A DNA stretch of 63,786 nt, counting the filler, from Octopus bimaculoides (Eukaryota), in NCBI RefSeq assembly GCF_001194135.2. It is 7 parts of 6 records of this genome, joined end to end, with 100 filler letters (N's around TTAATTAATTAA, not from the genome) between each part and the next. Parts side by side here need not be neighbours in the genome. Positions count along the whole stretch, not along the records: positions 35,009 to 57,685 come from NC_069008.1; positions 57,786 to 60,543 come from NC_068982.1; positions 60,644 to 62,548 come from NW_026321315.1; positions 62,649 to 63,786 come from NC_068982.1; 3 more parts are not named here. The stretch is one strand, 5' to 3'. The notes beneath the pieces are model-generated. The model did not search any database. It saw nothing but the letters and a program-made list of their open reading frames with translations, and had not been told where the DNA came from. The translations under genes were made by a program, and so were the position numbers. This document shows positions 52,809 through 63,786 of the stretch, one piece after another; position 1 is the first letter of the stretch, and every line of letters begins with the position of its first letter.

Positions 52809-53013
52809 GTATGCATGTATGTATGTATGTATGTATGTATGTTTGTATGTATGTATGTATGTATGTTTGTATGCATGCATGCATGTATGTATGTATACTC
52901 CAAAATTAAGGAATGAAGAAGATAAAATCCAGGCTACATATGTTTCACAGCTAGCAGAACCTCAGAAGTGGTAATTATCTAACCAAGAAGTAATCCGCTA
53001 GCTACTCGTTGGA

Positions 53014-53054
<41 letters not shown>

Positions 53055-53250
53055 TATAAGGGGCATTACTACAGAATAATGCTACACACTGGACTTCCCA
53101 AAATAAACACATTTAGTACCGAATGCGAGGAAAAACAACCAACAGAAGAAGACCAACTTTCTTTTAAATAACTCAACTATGTATCGACCGATTTTGCAAT
53201 TACTAGAATGAATCTAGACTCCGCTCATCAGCATAGTATTGTTCAGGAAA

Positions 53251-53339
53251 ACATATATAAATAAACAGAATTCTCACCTTACCAAAAACGAACACTGTTC
53301 GTTTTTGGTAAGGAGAGAATTCTGTTTATTTATATATGT
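53251..53339. repeat. 89-bp near-perfect palindrome
   Basis: 44-bp arms, a 1-nt loop (C at 53295) and one mismatch. Confidence 0.92.
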
Positions 53340-53654
53340 AAAATATTTTTATCCCTTTTTGAATTTATTAATCATATATATAATATATATATATATATAT
53401 CTACACACACACACATACATACATGCATACAACTTAGCGGCTCAGCAAAAGAACCAATAAAATAAGTACCAGGTTTAATAATAAAACAAAATACTGGGGT
53501 CGATTTATTCAATTAAATATTCTTCAAGGCAGTGCCCCAGCATGGCTGCAGTAGAATGACTGAAACAAGTAAAAAGTAAAAAGATTTGATAGAAAATTTT
53601 TGTTTTGCATTAAGATACTTGCCTATGGTGGTGATTATCATTATTATTATTGTT

Positions 53655-53937
53655 TTACTTCTCACAGTGCTCAGTCTTGTTTGCTCTGGTTGAGAGCGGA
53701 CAGCAGCTTGTTGTCAAAGCTCTCACAGTGACTTTTTCAGCACATTATAAACTTTGATAATTGGTTGTTAATTTTCATGGAAGACATTCAACACCCAATT
53801 ACCGGTGGAGCAGTTTTTGGGGTTTGCTCTGCTCTCATGTCAATTCTAATTTCTCTGATATATTTCTCAAACTTGGTTGTTAGTGCTCGGAGTGCCCCTA
53901 CAACTACTAGGATGACAGACACTCTCCTCATACTCTA
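53655..53937 (-). mobile_element. R4/Dong-like LINE 3' end in TAA repeats
   Basis: SMRRVSVILVVVGALRALTTKFEKYIREIRI...; TAA-type repeats on both sides. Confidence 0.65.
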
Positions 53938-53938
53938 C

Positions 53939-53981
<43 letters not shown>

Positions 53982-54474
53982 ATGAGAGAGCAGTGCATGC
54001 CATCAAAGTGACACTGGGGTAAAATATATGAAGCCCTGTATACCCATCATGACTACCCGTCTAATAAGGGTACACCAGGCACATGCATACAATCATATGT
54101 GCACAATATGGTGATCTCATATCAAGAAAACAGTACATGACCTTGAAGCTGGGGCCCAGCTAGAATTTTCGTCAGGCCGAGTAGTCCATCCTGCCCGAAA
54201 GGTCTCTGAATAAGGTTTGTTTAAGGATGTTGAATGAAATACCCATGTTTCCAAATGTGAATTATCTAAACCCCCCAAAAATTCCTCTCAACACATGGCT
54301 ATGATGCTTCCCCACTACTTCTGCTCATGATCAGAAATGCACATATTGTCAGTCACCAAGGGACATGCTCAAATGGTTAAGGTCAAACAAGAGACAAGCA
54401 AATCTGTGGTATTGAGTAGAGTATTTGCTGTAGCTCTTCTTTTATACCAAGACAAAATATTATCTCCATCCCAC

Positions 54475-54960
54475 AATACATAGAGACGCAACACATTCCT
54501 CAATGTATGAGTTCTTCCAAGTATTGCTGCCATGTGAATACTTCCAAAGAAGTTTGGTATTTGCAGATTTTCATGTCAGAATATTGCCCTCTTTAGGAGG
54601 TCCCTGGTGTACTATTCACTATATGCACCACACTAAAATTTAAAGCTCTATGGATTCGTTTCACTTCCTAACTTTCTCGACCTCTGTCTTAACAATATAG
54701 CTACATCAATGCAAGTCTATTCTTTGGGTTCCTTCAGTGATATCTGGTCGGTTATGTTGTAGCATTTTGTCTGTATATATTGGCATATCCCATGTGAGTT
54801 TCATGTGATCACTTTCTGCTACAGGTAAAGGTTGGTGCTCATACCAATTGTTGGAACATTCTAGCTAATAATTCTGTCGTAATGTTTTGCTTAATGTTAT
54901 CACAGACAGATATCATTTACAAAATCTCAGCTTCCAAATCCTGTTTTCTTGTTGTGTAAA
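54475..54960 (-). mobile_element. R4/Dong-like LINE restriction-like endonuclease domain relic
   Basis: WYEHQPLPVAESDHMKLTWDMPIYTDKMLQHNRPDI...CIDVAI...AAILGRTHTLRNVL. Confidence 0.75.
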
Positions 54961-55129
54961 AATAATCAAACTTGAAACATCTGTAGTATTTTTCTAAAAA
55001 ATGATATTGAAATACCAGGAGTTATGTCTCTTAGTGAGGAGGAAAAAACTAACACTGAACAGAAAAACCCATTGCGTATAAAACCATTTCTTGCAAGGAG
55101 AGTAAACTTAAATTTCCTACTTAAAATGG

Positions 55130-55570
55130 AGAAAAGTTGTGGAAGAGGGGGACCCAGGAAGACATGGGACGAAGTACTGAAGGCCGATCTCCAAACGCTG
55201 AACCTTATGAAGGAAATGGATGAGGACCAAGATATGTGGAGCATTGCTATACTCGAGAAGATCTACCCACAACAGAATTGAGACTTGAAATTAAGGCGCC
55301 ACGTAAAAAGCATTGAAGTGGGTTGCTGGTACCACGTAAAAAGGGCTGGTGCTGGAGCCATGTAAAACGCACTGGTGTTGGTGCAACATACAAAGCATCT
55401 AACACACTGTGTAATGGTTGGTGTTAGGAAGAGCATCCAGCCATAGAAACCAAGCCAAAATACCTTATGGGATCTGGTGCAGCTTCTAGCTTTGCCAGTT
55501 CTTTTCAAACCTTCCAATCGATGCCAGCATGAAAAATGGACTGTAAATATTCATGATGATGATGATGATG
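55130..55570 (+). mobile_element. RTE LINE 3' end (second subfamily)
   Basis: CGRGGPRKTWDEVLKADLQTLNL, then a variant 3' UTR and (GAT)n. Confidence 0.8.
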
Positions 55571-55723
55571 ACTCTAGCAGAACTGAAAAAAATGCTTGGA
55601 GACATGGAGTCCTCAAAGCTACACACCATGTTTAAAGAGAAGCAACATGGGACAATAGCTGCTGTATGCATCAACGATAAAGAAGCAAGGAGGAGGGAGG
55701 ATGAGGAGGAGGAAATTCCTTAC

Positions 55724-55972
55724 CATTTATGTCCAAATTAATTTGTGCATAATGCAAATTGTCATCATAAAATATCCATGTAGAAAACTTCCAAGATACA
55801 TTTCGAATCCAGAGCGTAGATATATTGCCTGTTTGAGTAACTTTATAGTCAACACCGTCCGCGCATGTTCTATCGCACTCATATTTGTAGTTAAGGCTTT
55901 TCCAAACCACAGGTCTCTTCATGTTCGGGACTGTAATGTAAAGTGTCACACTTTCACCTAAATAAATTGTTC
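55724..55972 (-). CDS. Internal exon (phase 1-1, 249 nt) encoding an atypical immunoglobulin-like extracellular domain
   Basis: Acceptor acttacttctttcag and donor G|GTAAGG. Reads TIYLGESVTLYITVPNMKRPVVWKSLNYKYECDRTCADGVDYKVTQTGNISTLWIRNVSWKFSTWIFYDDNLHYAQINLDIN. Shows GESVTL, the C-strand W, an STLWIRNV E-strand pattern and two N-glycosylation sequons. Confidence 0.75.
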
Positions 55973-56200
55973 CTGAAAGAAGTAAGTCAATATCATTCTT
56001 TGATTCGTTATATCATTGATTTAGGCATTTATTTCTTCAACATTAAAATTTTCTTCATAAAAATTAAGACTACATACAGTACAACCACATTTCCAAAATA
56101 AAAATAAAATTTTATACATTCACTATCACTAAAGTTTTTGCAGAAATATAATTTATATATAAACTATATATAGGTCCTAGATTATCCACATCTGCGTTAC

Positions 56201-56570
56201 TCTTTACTCTTTACTTGTTTCAGTCATTTTCCCTGCAGCCATGCTGGAGCACTGCCTTTATTCGAGCAAATAGACCCCAGGACTTACTCTTTGTAAGCCT
56301 AATACTTATTCTATCGGTCTCTTTTGCCGAACCGCTAAGTGACGGGGACCTAAACACACCAGCATCGGTTGTCAAGCTATGCTAGGGGGACAAACACAGA
56401 CACACAAACATACACACACACACACATATATATACATATATACGACGGGCTTCTTTCAGTTTCCGTCTACCAAATCCCCTCACAAGGCTTTGGTCAGCCC
56501 GAGGCTATAGTAGAAGACACTTGCCCAAGATGCCACGCAGTGGGACTGAACCCGGGACCATGTGGTTAGT
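56201..56570 (-). mobile_element. tRNA-derived SINE with a CORE-like segment, internal microsatellite and conserved 3' tail
   Basis: B-box-like GGTTCAGTCCC, then GGCATCTTGGGCAAGTG (CORE-like), (TA/TG)n, and tail gcagtgctccagcatggctgcag...tgactgaaacaagtaaaga. Partial copies at about 340-545, 1720-1930, 22455-22690, 29465-29940, 35890-36015, 45905-46378 and 53430-53580. Confidence 0.82.
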
Positions 56571-57209
56571 NNNNNNNNNNNNNNNNNNNNNNNNNNNNNN
56601 NNNNNNNNNNNNNNNNNNNNNNNNNNNNNNNNNNNNNNNNNNNNNNNNNNNNNNNNNNNNNNNNNNNNNNNNNNNNNNNNNNNNNNNNNNNNNNNNNNNN
56701 NNNNNNNNNNNNNNNNNNNNNNNNNNNNNNNNNNNNNNNNNNNNNNNNNNNNNNNNNNNNNNNNNNNNNNNNNNNNNNNNNNNNNNNNNNNNNNNNNNNN
56801 NNNNNNNNNNNNNNNNNNNNNNNNNNNNNNNNNNNNAAAACATCCAGACAGTTAAGTGATACAAAAAAGGGACAACAAACCATCCAGACAGATGATACAA
56901 AGAAAACAAGGATGGGTCATTTGGAGATTTCTTTCCTCAGTCGAGTTCCAGATTATCTCTGCAATTTCGGCTGGTTATACTCGAGATTGCTCCAATCTGG
57001 CCTGCTCCAAGGAAAAACTAAGCTAAGAGCATTAGATTCCTTGTAAGAAAGCAGCGAATGTGTACGGAAACAAGGACGGAAAAAACGAACAATGTTACAC
57101 AAATACAATAAAAATGATAACAGGACATAACAACAAGTGTCTTTCGCCTAAGGACTAATTAAATTAAGCTGGCGTGGTATGTATGTATGTATGTATGTAT
57201 GTATGTATG

Positions 57210-57247
<38 letters not shown>

Positions 57248-57327
57248 AAAATATATTACACACACATATATATATTGTATATATTTATATATTATATATT
57301 ATACGTCGTTTTTATATATAATATATT

Positions 57328-57685
57328 TATTTGAGGAAACTTGGGATGGAAGAATGGTTAGTGAGAGCTGTGCGAGCCATGTACAGAGATGCTGCCAGTA
57401 AGGTGAGGATTGGAAATGAGTACAGCAATGAATTCCGGGTAGAGGTAGGGGTCCACCAAGGTTCCGTCCTCAGCCCCCTCTTATTTATCATAGTCCTCCA
57501 GGCAATCACAGAGGAGTTCTTCAAGACAGGTTGCCCCTGGGAGCTCCTCTATGCTGATGACCTTGCCCTAATTGCGGAGTCACTATCAGAACTAGAGGAG
57601 AAGTTTCAGGTGTGGAAGCAAGGTCTAGAATTGAAGGGCCTTAGAGTCAACCGAGCTAAAACCAAAATCCTAATAAGTAGGAAGG
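57328..57685 (+). mobile_element. RTE LINE reverse-transcriptase core fragment
   Basis: GVHQGSVLSPLLF, LLYADDLAL and GLRVNRAKTK motifs; bounded by (TA)n and a gap. Confidence 0.92.
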
Positions 57686-57789
57686 NNNNNNNNNNNNNNN
57701 NNNNNNNNNNNNNNNNNNNNNNNNNNNNNTTAATTAATTAANNNNNNNNNNNNNNNNNNNNNNNNNNNNNNNNNNNNNNNNNNNNACAT

Positions 57790-57848
<59 letters not shown>

Positions 57849-57904
57849 AATACGTGCATACATGCATACGCACATACATATATACATGTATATCTATATA
57901 AAAA

Positions 57905-58380
57905 GAGAATAAATACCTACGCTGAACTATTGAGAAATCTGCAGTTACTCTATCCAGATTACAAGTTGATTACAAGTTATACCTGTAATTGCTGGGGTCC
58001 TGGGATATGTAACACACTGCATAAATACCACTCTTGAGAAATTAGGCTTCTCAAAACCAAAAAGGAGAAATCTAATTGGAAGGCTACAGATCCAATCCAT
58101 CACTAGAACTGTAAACATCTGTAAAACATTCCAGAAGCTTAGCGTTTGAATATATATGAGCATGTCCAGATATGCAACTATATGCATGAGAATACATATA
58201 TAAAGCAAAACACAAATCTGCACACATATATACATACTTACAAACAAACAAAAACACCCTGTTGTTGATGTTGAAATTCCAGTGAAGAAGCCTTGGATCC
58301 AGGTTAGAGCCCGGCTCTTTCTCTATTGGCAAGAAATCTTGAAATAAAACTGAACAATGACATACATACATACATTCATA
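57905..58380 (+). mobile_element. RLE-type LINE 3' end, second copy of the CATA-tailed family
   Basis: NTYAELLRNLQLLYPDYK...PVIAGVLGYVTHC...LEKLGFSKP...KTFQK; 3' UTR matches 5800-5990. Confidence 0.7.
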
Positions 58381-58740
58381 CATGTATGCAGATGTAGATG
58401 GATAAATATTTGCAATGTGTATATTCGTAAACAGGCAAGGAAAGAGCAGAGGGGAGAGAAGAGAGGGGGCGAGAATAAATAAATACGTATGTTTATGTAT
58501 GACTTAGTGTATACAGAGCTAAACAGGAGATGAAGGCAGCGGTGACATATATATATAATACATATATATGTGTGTGTGTGTGTGTGTATGAATATCTGTA
58601 TATATATATATGTATATATGTATGCATTATGGTACTATTTACGAGTATAATATACACGTATGTGTGTGTATGTATATATACACTGTATATATACTAATAC
58701 GTATATATGTATGTATACATATATGTGTACGTATGTATGT

Positions 58741-58777
<37 letters not shown>

Positions 58778-59479
58778 NNNNNNNNNNNNNNNNNNNNNNN
58801 NNNNNNNNNNNNNNNNNNNNNNNNNNNNNNNNNNNNNNNNNNNNNNNNNNNNNNNNNNNNNNNNNNNNNNNNNNNNNNNNNNNNNNNNNNNNNNNNNNNN
58901 NNNNNNNNNNNNNNNNNNNNNNNNNNNNNNNNNNNNNNNNNNNNNNNNNNNNNNNNNNNNNNNNNNNNNNNNNNNNNNNNNNNNNNNNNNNNNNNNNNNN
59001 NNNNNNNNNNNNNNNNNNNNNNNNNNNNNNNNNNNNNNNNNNNNNNNNNNNNNNNNNNNNNNNNNNNNNNNNNNNNNNNNNNNNNNNNNNNNNNNNNNNN
59101 NNNNNNNNNNNNNNNNNNNNNNNNNNNNNNNNNNNNNNNNNNNNNNNNNNNNNNNNNNNNNNNNNNNNNNNNNNNNNNNNNNNNNNNNNNNNNNNNNNNN
59201 NNNNNNNNNNNNNNNNNNNNNNNNNNCGTAAAGGACAGATATTTGAAAGGTAAAGTAGATGTTGATAGTCGGGCAGACAGACATAATAATAATCAGGTGT
59301 AAGAGCATGAGACAAGCAAGACTGGATGACGGCAAGATCTCCGAGAAAAGTTTGTGTGTGGCGCCACCGGATTCCACTTCAGAGGACACCGAAAAGTTTG
59401 CACTCCGGATGTTTGGTTGGGTTTAATATGTTTACAGTGACACAACTCAACAGCAACCGGCGCAACGTCGACTGGTAAC

Positions 59480-60415
59480 TGTGAAGGAAAGAAAGGAAAG
59501 GTAAGCCGGTTGGATGGTCGGTGGGTGGGTTGGAAAGAAGAGGTGGAGGAGAGGAATTGAGGGTGAGAGAGAGAGGGGGGAGAAAGAAGGAAGGAAAATG
59601 AGAAAGAGAAGGAAATTAGAGAAGAATTGTGTAAAGCAGGGGAAAAAAATGAGGAAAGAAGCGTAGGTGGAGAGGGGGAGAAAGAGAAGAAACAAAGAAA
59701 GAGTAATTGATAAAGAGGAAGGGGATGAGGGAGTGAGGGAGATAAAGATGGTGGGGAGAGAGAGAAACAGAAAGAAGAGGAGGAGGGCGGAAGAGGAGGG
59801 AGGAAGAGGAGGAGGGCGGAAGAGGAGGGAGGAAGAGGAGGGAGAGAAAGAGTGTAAGTGGGCTGGAAGGGAGGGCTTGTCTAGAGCGAGAAAGAGAGAG
59901 AGAGAGAAGAAAGGAGAAGGTGTAGAAAAAAGGTGGAAAAAAGGGAGAGAAAGGATAAAGGAGAAGAAAATGTAACGGAAAAGACGGATATATAGGAAAG
60001 ATGGAGAGGAGAAAAGGAGTGAGAGAAAGAGAGAGAAAGAGTGAGAGAGAGAGAAAGAGAGAGGAGAAAAGAAAGAGAAAATAGTGAAGAGTAAAATAGT
60101 GGAAAGTAAGAAACAAAGAGAATGAGAAAGATAGATGGGGAGAGAATGAAAGAAAGAAAAAAGAGAGAAAGACGGGGAGGAGAGAAAGAGAGACAAAGAA
60201 AGAAATAAGGAAAGCAATGAAGAGAAAGGAAGAAAGAAAGAACATGAAAGCAACAGGGAAGGAACATGGGTGAAAATAACGGAGAAATAAAGAAAATATA
60301 GAAAAAAAAGTCAAGAATAAAGCTATAGAAAAAGGTAAAGAAAAGGAATTATAGACGATAGATAAAAAGAAAGGGAAAGTGAAAAACAGAAAAAGAAGGA
60401 AATATAACAACAAAG
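59480..60415. repeat. ~940-bp polypurine (GA-rich) tract
   Basis: Almost exclusively A and G on the plus strand, with a short internal tandem of gaagaggaggagggcg. Confidence 0.9.
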
Positions 60416-60853
60416 CTAGTATGTACACCATTAACGGGCATGATGCAGTGGTTTTTGTCTGAGAGAAAATCTTTTCTTAGACATGCTGTGTTAAAAGCAC
60501 AATATTTAACGGAGCGAGACAAAGATCACTGACCAACGAGAATNNNNNNNNNNNNNNNNNNNNNNNNNNNNNNNNNNNNNNNNNNNNTTAATTAATTAAN
60601 NNNNNNNNNNNNNNNNNNNNNNNNNNNNNNNNNNNNNNNNNNNACACATAGAACAAAAACCGGAGGGAAAAGCGTAAACAAACCAAGCCTTTATATATAT
60701 ATATAGATAGATAGATTCAGGTGAATATGTTACTTAAGTTTAGGCACCAGAATTTAGTATGGTATTATCCATCAATATAAACAAGGATATCCAAAGTTAA
60801 TTCAGTACGATCGTTTCATGCGACTCCATTTAATTGAGCAATGCAAACATTAC

Positions 60854-61702
60854 TGTTATATCGCACGTTCTGATGACCTCTACTCAACTACTCCGACGTC
60901 TGGACTTCTCCCTCTAAGTCTACGTATTGGGCTAGCCTACTTCATCGTCTGGGGTCGTCGACACAACACCTCCTCCTTTTGTGTTTTTTAAACCCGAATT
61001 TATCATTTTTATTTCCTCGGTGAGAAACTGGCATATCATTTTCTCTTAGCATTTATTTCCATCATTTCTGTAGGTTTTCTCTTCCTCTTCGACCTACGTA
61101 TCGGTTCTGCTTTTGCTTGTGGTTCTGGGACCTCATACAAATCATACCATAAATCCATTGATTCTTCTCGCCTCTCTTGGTTTTTGGTATATCTTACTTT
61201 TAATTGGATTAAATGCCTTCTGTGTTCATATTTTAGTCCTTTTACCATGTCCATCACGTTACCCAGATGTCCAGTTATACTTCCTTGTTCCCAGTCCTGT
61301 TTTCCGTTACTATATATTTTAAAATACATTTTGTCACCTGTGTTAAAAAATTTCATTTTTCTTCCCGAATTTTCTATTTTCTGTTTCCTGCTCGGCAACC
61401 ATTTGTCAAAAATAGAACGAATTTTTCTGGAAAACATCAAATCTGCGGGTGACCTACCCGACTCAGCATTTGCATTCGGTGTTATTCTATACACCTGCAA
61501 AAACTTTGTCTTATTTGTATCTTCAAAGGTTTCCCGTCTGGTCTTCCTTAAAGCTCTCTTGAATGTGTCGACGAATCTTTCCGCTAACCCATTTGACCTT
61601 GGGTGGTATGGCGGAGTTAACACATGCTTCATCTGAACCGACTTGCAGAATCTTTTGAACTCCTTCGCCGTGAATTGTGTACCATTATCTGACACGATCA
61701 TA
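60854..61702 (-). mobile_element. Ty3/Gypsy 3' end: integrase core and C-terminus, PPT and a 115-bp LTR
   Basis: IVSDNGTQF...PPYHPRSNGLAERFVDTFKRAL...YRITP...SPADLMF; PPT AAAAGGAGGAGG (60980-60969) directly before TGTTGTGTCG...CGATATAACA (60968-60854). Confidence 0.9.
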
Positions 61703-61704
61703 TC

Positions 61705-61741
<37 letters not shown>

Positions 61742-61822
61742 GGCAGGCAGGTAGGCAGGTAGGCAGGTAGGTAGGTAGGTAGGTAGGTAGGTAGGTAGGT
61801 AGATAGGTAGGTAGGTAGATAG

Positions 61823-62548
61823 ATAAACTCGTCCTACACATGACAGCAGCCGTTCGGCATAAGCCCACAGGTCCGAAATGGTTGGACACTGCACGAGTGC
61901 GTGCAGAACGGCTTCATCACTCTGACCGCGTCTCGGGCAGGTCAGTCCGGTGTGTCTCGAACCGTGCCTGTAGCGGTTTTCGATAGCACTGCCAGGCCAG
62001 GGATCTTTGGTGATTGTCCATACGTCCCGGCCCGGAAGTTGTCCTGAACAGGCGGGTCAGGTGTTCCTCGTCGACGCGCAGATTCTGACCTAGAATGTGG
62101 TCGCATCTCTCCTCCACTAATCCTCTATAGAACGCCTTTATTGTAATTAGCTGCACAAGTTTGGTCCCGGACGGCAGAGTTGCTTGAGAGCAACGCGACA
62201 CTCGCGGTGCCATTCGCCTAGCCTCGATCTCTGTTTGATCCACGACTGCAGTTCGGCCAAGGAGATGAGCTGCGGGAAAGCGCGCTGCAGAAACGGCTAT
62301 CACACCTGTTCACGGTCGTCAATGAAGCACCGGAGATGTCGCAGTCTCAGCGCATGTCTGTGCATCATCAACTACGGCATACCCAGCCCTCCATTTAGCG
62401 GCTGTTGACTGCAAATGGATCGCCTAACCATCGGAACGTTTCCCTTCCACAAGAAGCGGAAGAGTATGCGTTCCAGTTTGGTGATAGTAAGGTCGGGACA
62501 AGGTACGACGGTCCAACGGTACTCGATGACAGATGCGATGTACGCGTT
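61823..62548 (-). mobile_element. L1/Tx1-clade LINE ORF2 C-terminal fragment
   Basis: KLERILFRFLWKGNVPMVRRSICSQQPLNGGLGMP...RSLAWQCYR...CPR(R)GQSDEAVLHALVQCP..SDLW zinc-knuckle pattern; stops and frameshifts; CpG-rich. Confidence 0.8.
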
Positions 62549-63786
62549 NNNNNNNNNNNNNNNNNNNNNNNNNNNNNNNNNNNNNNNNNNNNTTAATTAA
62601 TTAANNNNNNNNNNNNNNNNNNNNNNNNNNNNNNNNNNNNNNNNNNNNTATATATCATTGATTAAAGAACAAACATCAAATTCGGGCCAACGACTTCATA
62701 TAGCCTCACGCTTCTATACATTTTATCATATACAAATAATACCCTGGCCTTCAACATATAAAAGAAATACATATATAAGCACAGAAGGTAAAAAATATCT
62801 ATGCGCATATAAAAATACAAAATATATAGGAGGGCCTGTCAGGAAAAAAGTATATACAAATCGACTAAAATAGGTGATCAAAATGAATTGCTAAAACATA
62901 TCAATCGATTAAATGTTCTTTTACCCCTCGATCGATTAAAAATATATCAGAATGACAGGTGTGACGTACACTGAGTGTGACGTACACTGAGTGTACCACC
63001 GGGCAGGAGAGATCACATGGACCCAATATTTGGCTGATACTGTCTTACACCAGTCTCACCCGCCTAGTAAAAGATTACAGGAGCTACCTTCTCACCTGAC
63101 TATCTACATATAAATGTGTGTAAGCGCGTGTGTGTATATGGGTGTGCGTGTGTTTGCATATACGTGAACATACATATAGGAAATTAAAGCTCGAAACATA
63201 AGTTTTATGATTTGTTCCAGAACAATCCAGGGAAATCCATTATCACCAGTATATAAATGTATGAGCCCTTAATTTGAAACCAAGTTGATAAGTGCCAACG
63301 CACAAAAGTTTCAGTCACTCTGTAACTTCTGCTGATTATACATACTCATTGACACACACACACACATAAATGTGTGTCCGTGTGTGTGTATGTGTATGTA
63401 TGTATATATATATAATAAGGTTTTTAAACTTTTAAATTTTCATATTCAAAAGAGACAGAGACTTCAAATTCGATATATCGATTTATTCACCACTCTATGT
63501 TAACATTTCTGTGCCAAACGTATCCAGTGACTGGTCCATTGGATTTAGACATTTAGCACTTCTTCAGGAGTGGTTACCATTCGAACAAAACACGAAAAAA
63601 CACATACATAACTATTATTAAATCTTTAGAATCTCGTTAGCTTTCGTCTTTGTTAGCACGCCGGGCAAAATGCTAAGCGGCATTTCAAATTCCACCGAGG
63701 TAGACTTTACCTTTGTTCCTTTCGGGTCGATAAATTAATTACCAGTTACGCACTGGAATCGTTGTAATCGACTAGTCTCCTCCCCA

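Noticed and set aside
11961-59389. Many long ORFs in the track containing X, YIYI, CVCV, ERER, THTH or poly-amino-acid runs
   Set aside because: Artefacts of N gaps and di-/trinucleotide microsatellites.
59447-60431. Long hydrophobic F/L/S-rich ORFs resembling membrane proteins
   Set aside because: Simply the translation of the CT-rich strand of a low-complexity tract.
3646-62604. Repeated TTAATTAATTAA 12-mer at six positions
   Set aside because: Always centred in N runs and encodes stops in all six frames; an assembly spacer, not a regulatory motif or repeat array.
1-63786. CRISPR-like arrays, intact tRNA/rRNA genes and prokaryotic operons
   Set aside because: None seen; tRNA-like segments (e.g. 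6765-6875, 8540-8594) continue into SINE bodies.

Overview
AT-rich, gappy, repeat-dominated animal genomic DNA. The SINE and LINE families and the microsatellite load point to a cephalopod, most likely Octopus (inference, no database access). Most of the window is decayed mobile DNA: Tc1/mariner elements (mariner, maT-like, Tc1, pogo-like MITE), piggyBac-like and hAT-like MITEs, tRNA-derived SINEs, RTE, CR1-like, R4/Dong-like and L1/Tx1 LINE fragments, a Penelope-like RT/GIY-YIG fragment, and the 3' end of a Ty3/Gypsy element with a 115-bp LTR. Two minus-strand host exons are well supported. One is a terminal exon at 2000-2185; I can tentatively chain it to small upstream exons near 35.7-38.2 kb to give a ~100-aa protein. 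The other is a symmetric phase-1 exon at 55724-55972 encoding an atypical Ig-like domain without the canonical cysteines. The most unusual non-coding signal is a set of tight-loop, near-perfect palindromes and foldback elements, several bordered by TA repeats. They include a 310-bp palindrome with one mismatch and an inverted-repeat element carrying a head-to-head telomere-like array. No complete novel system is demonstrated; these are hypotheses to test. Most ORFs in the supplied track are microsatellite, N-gap or antisense artefacts.
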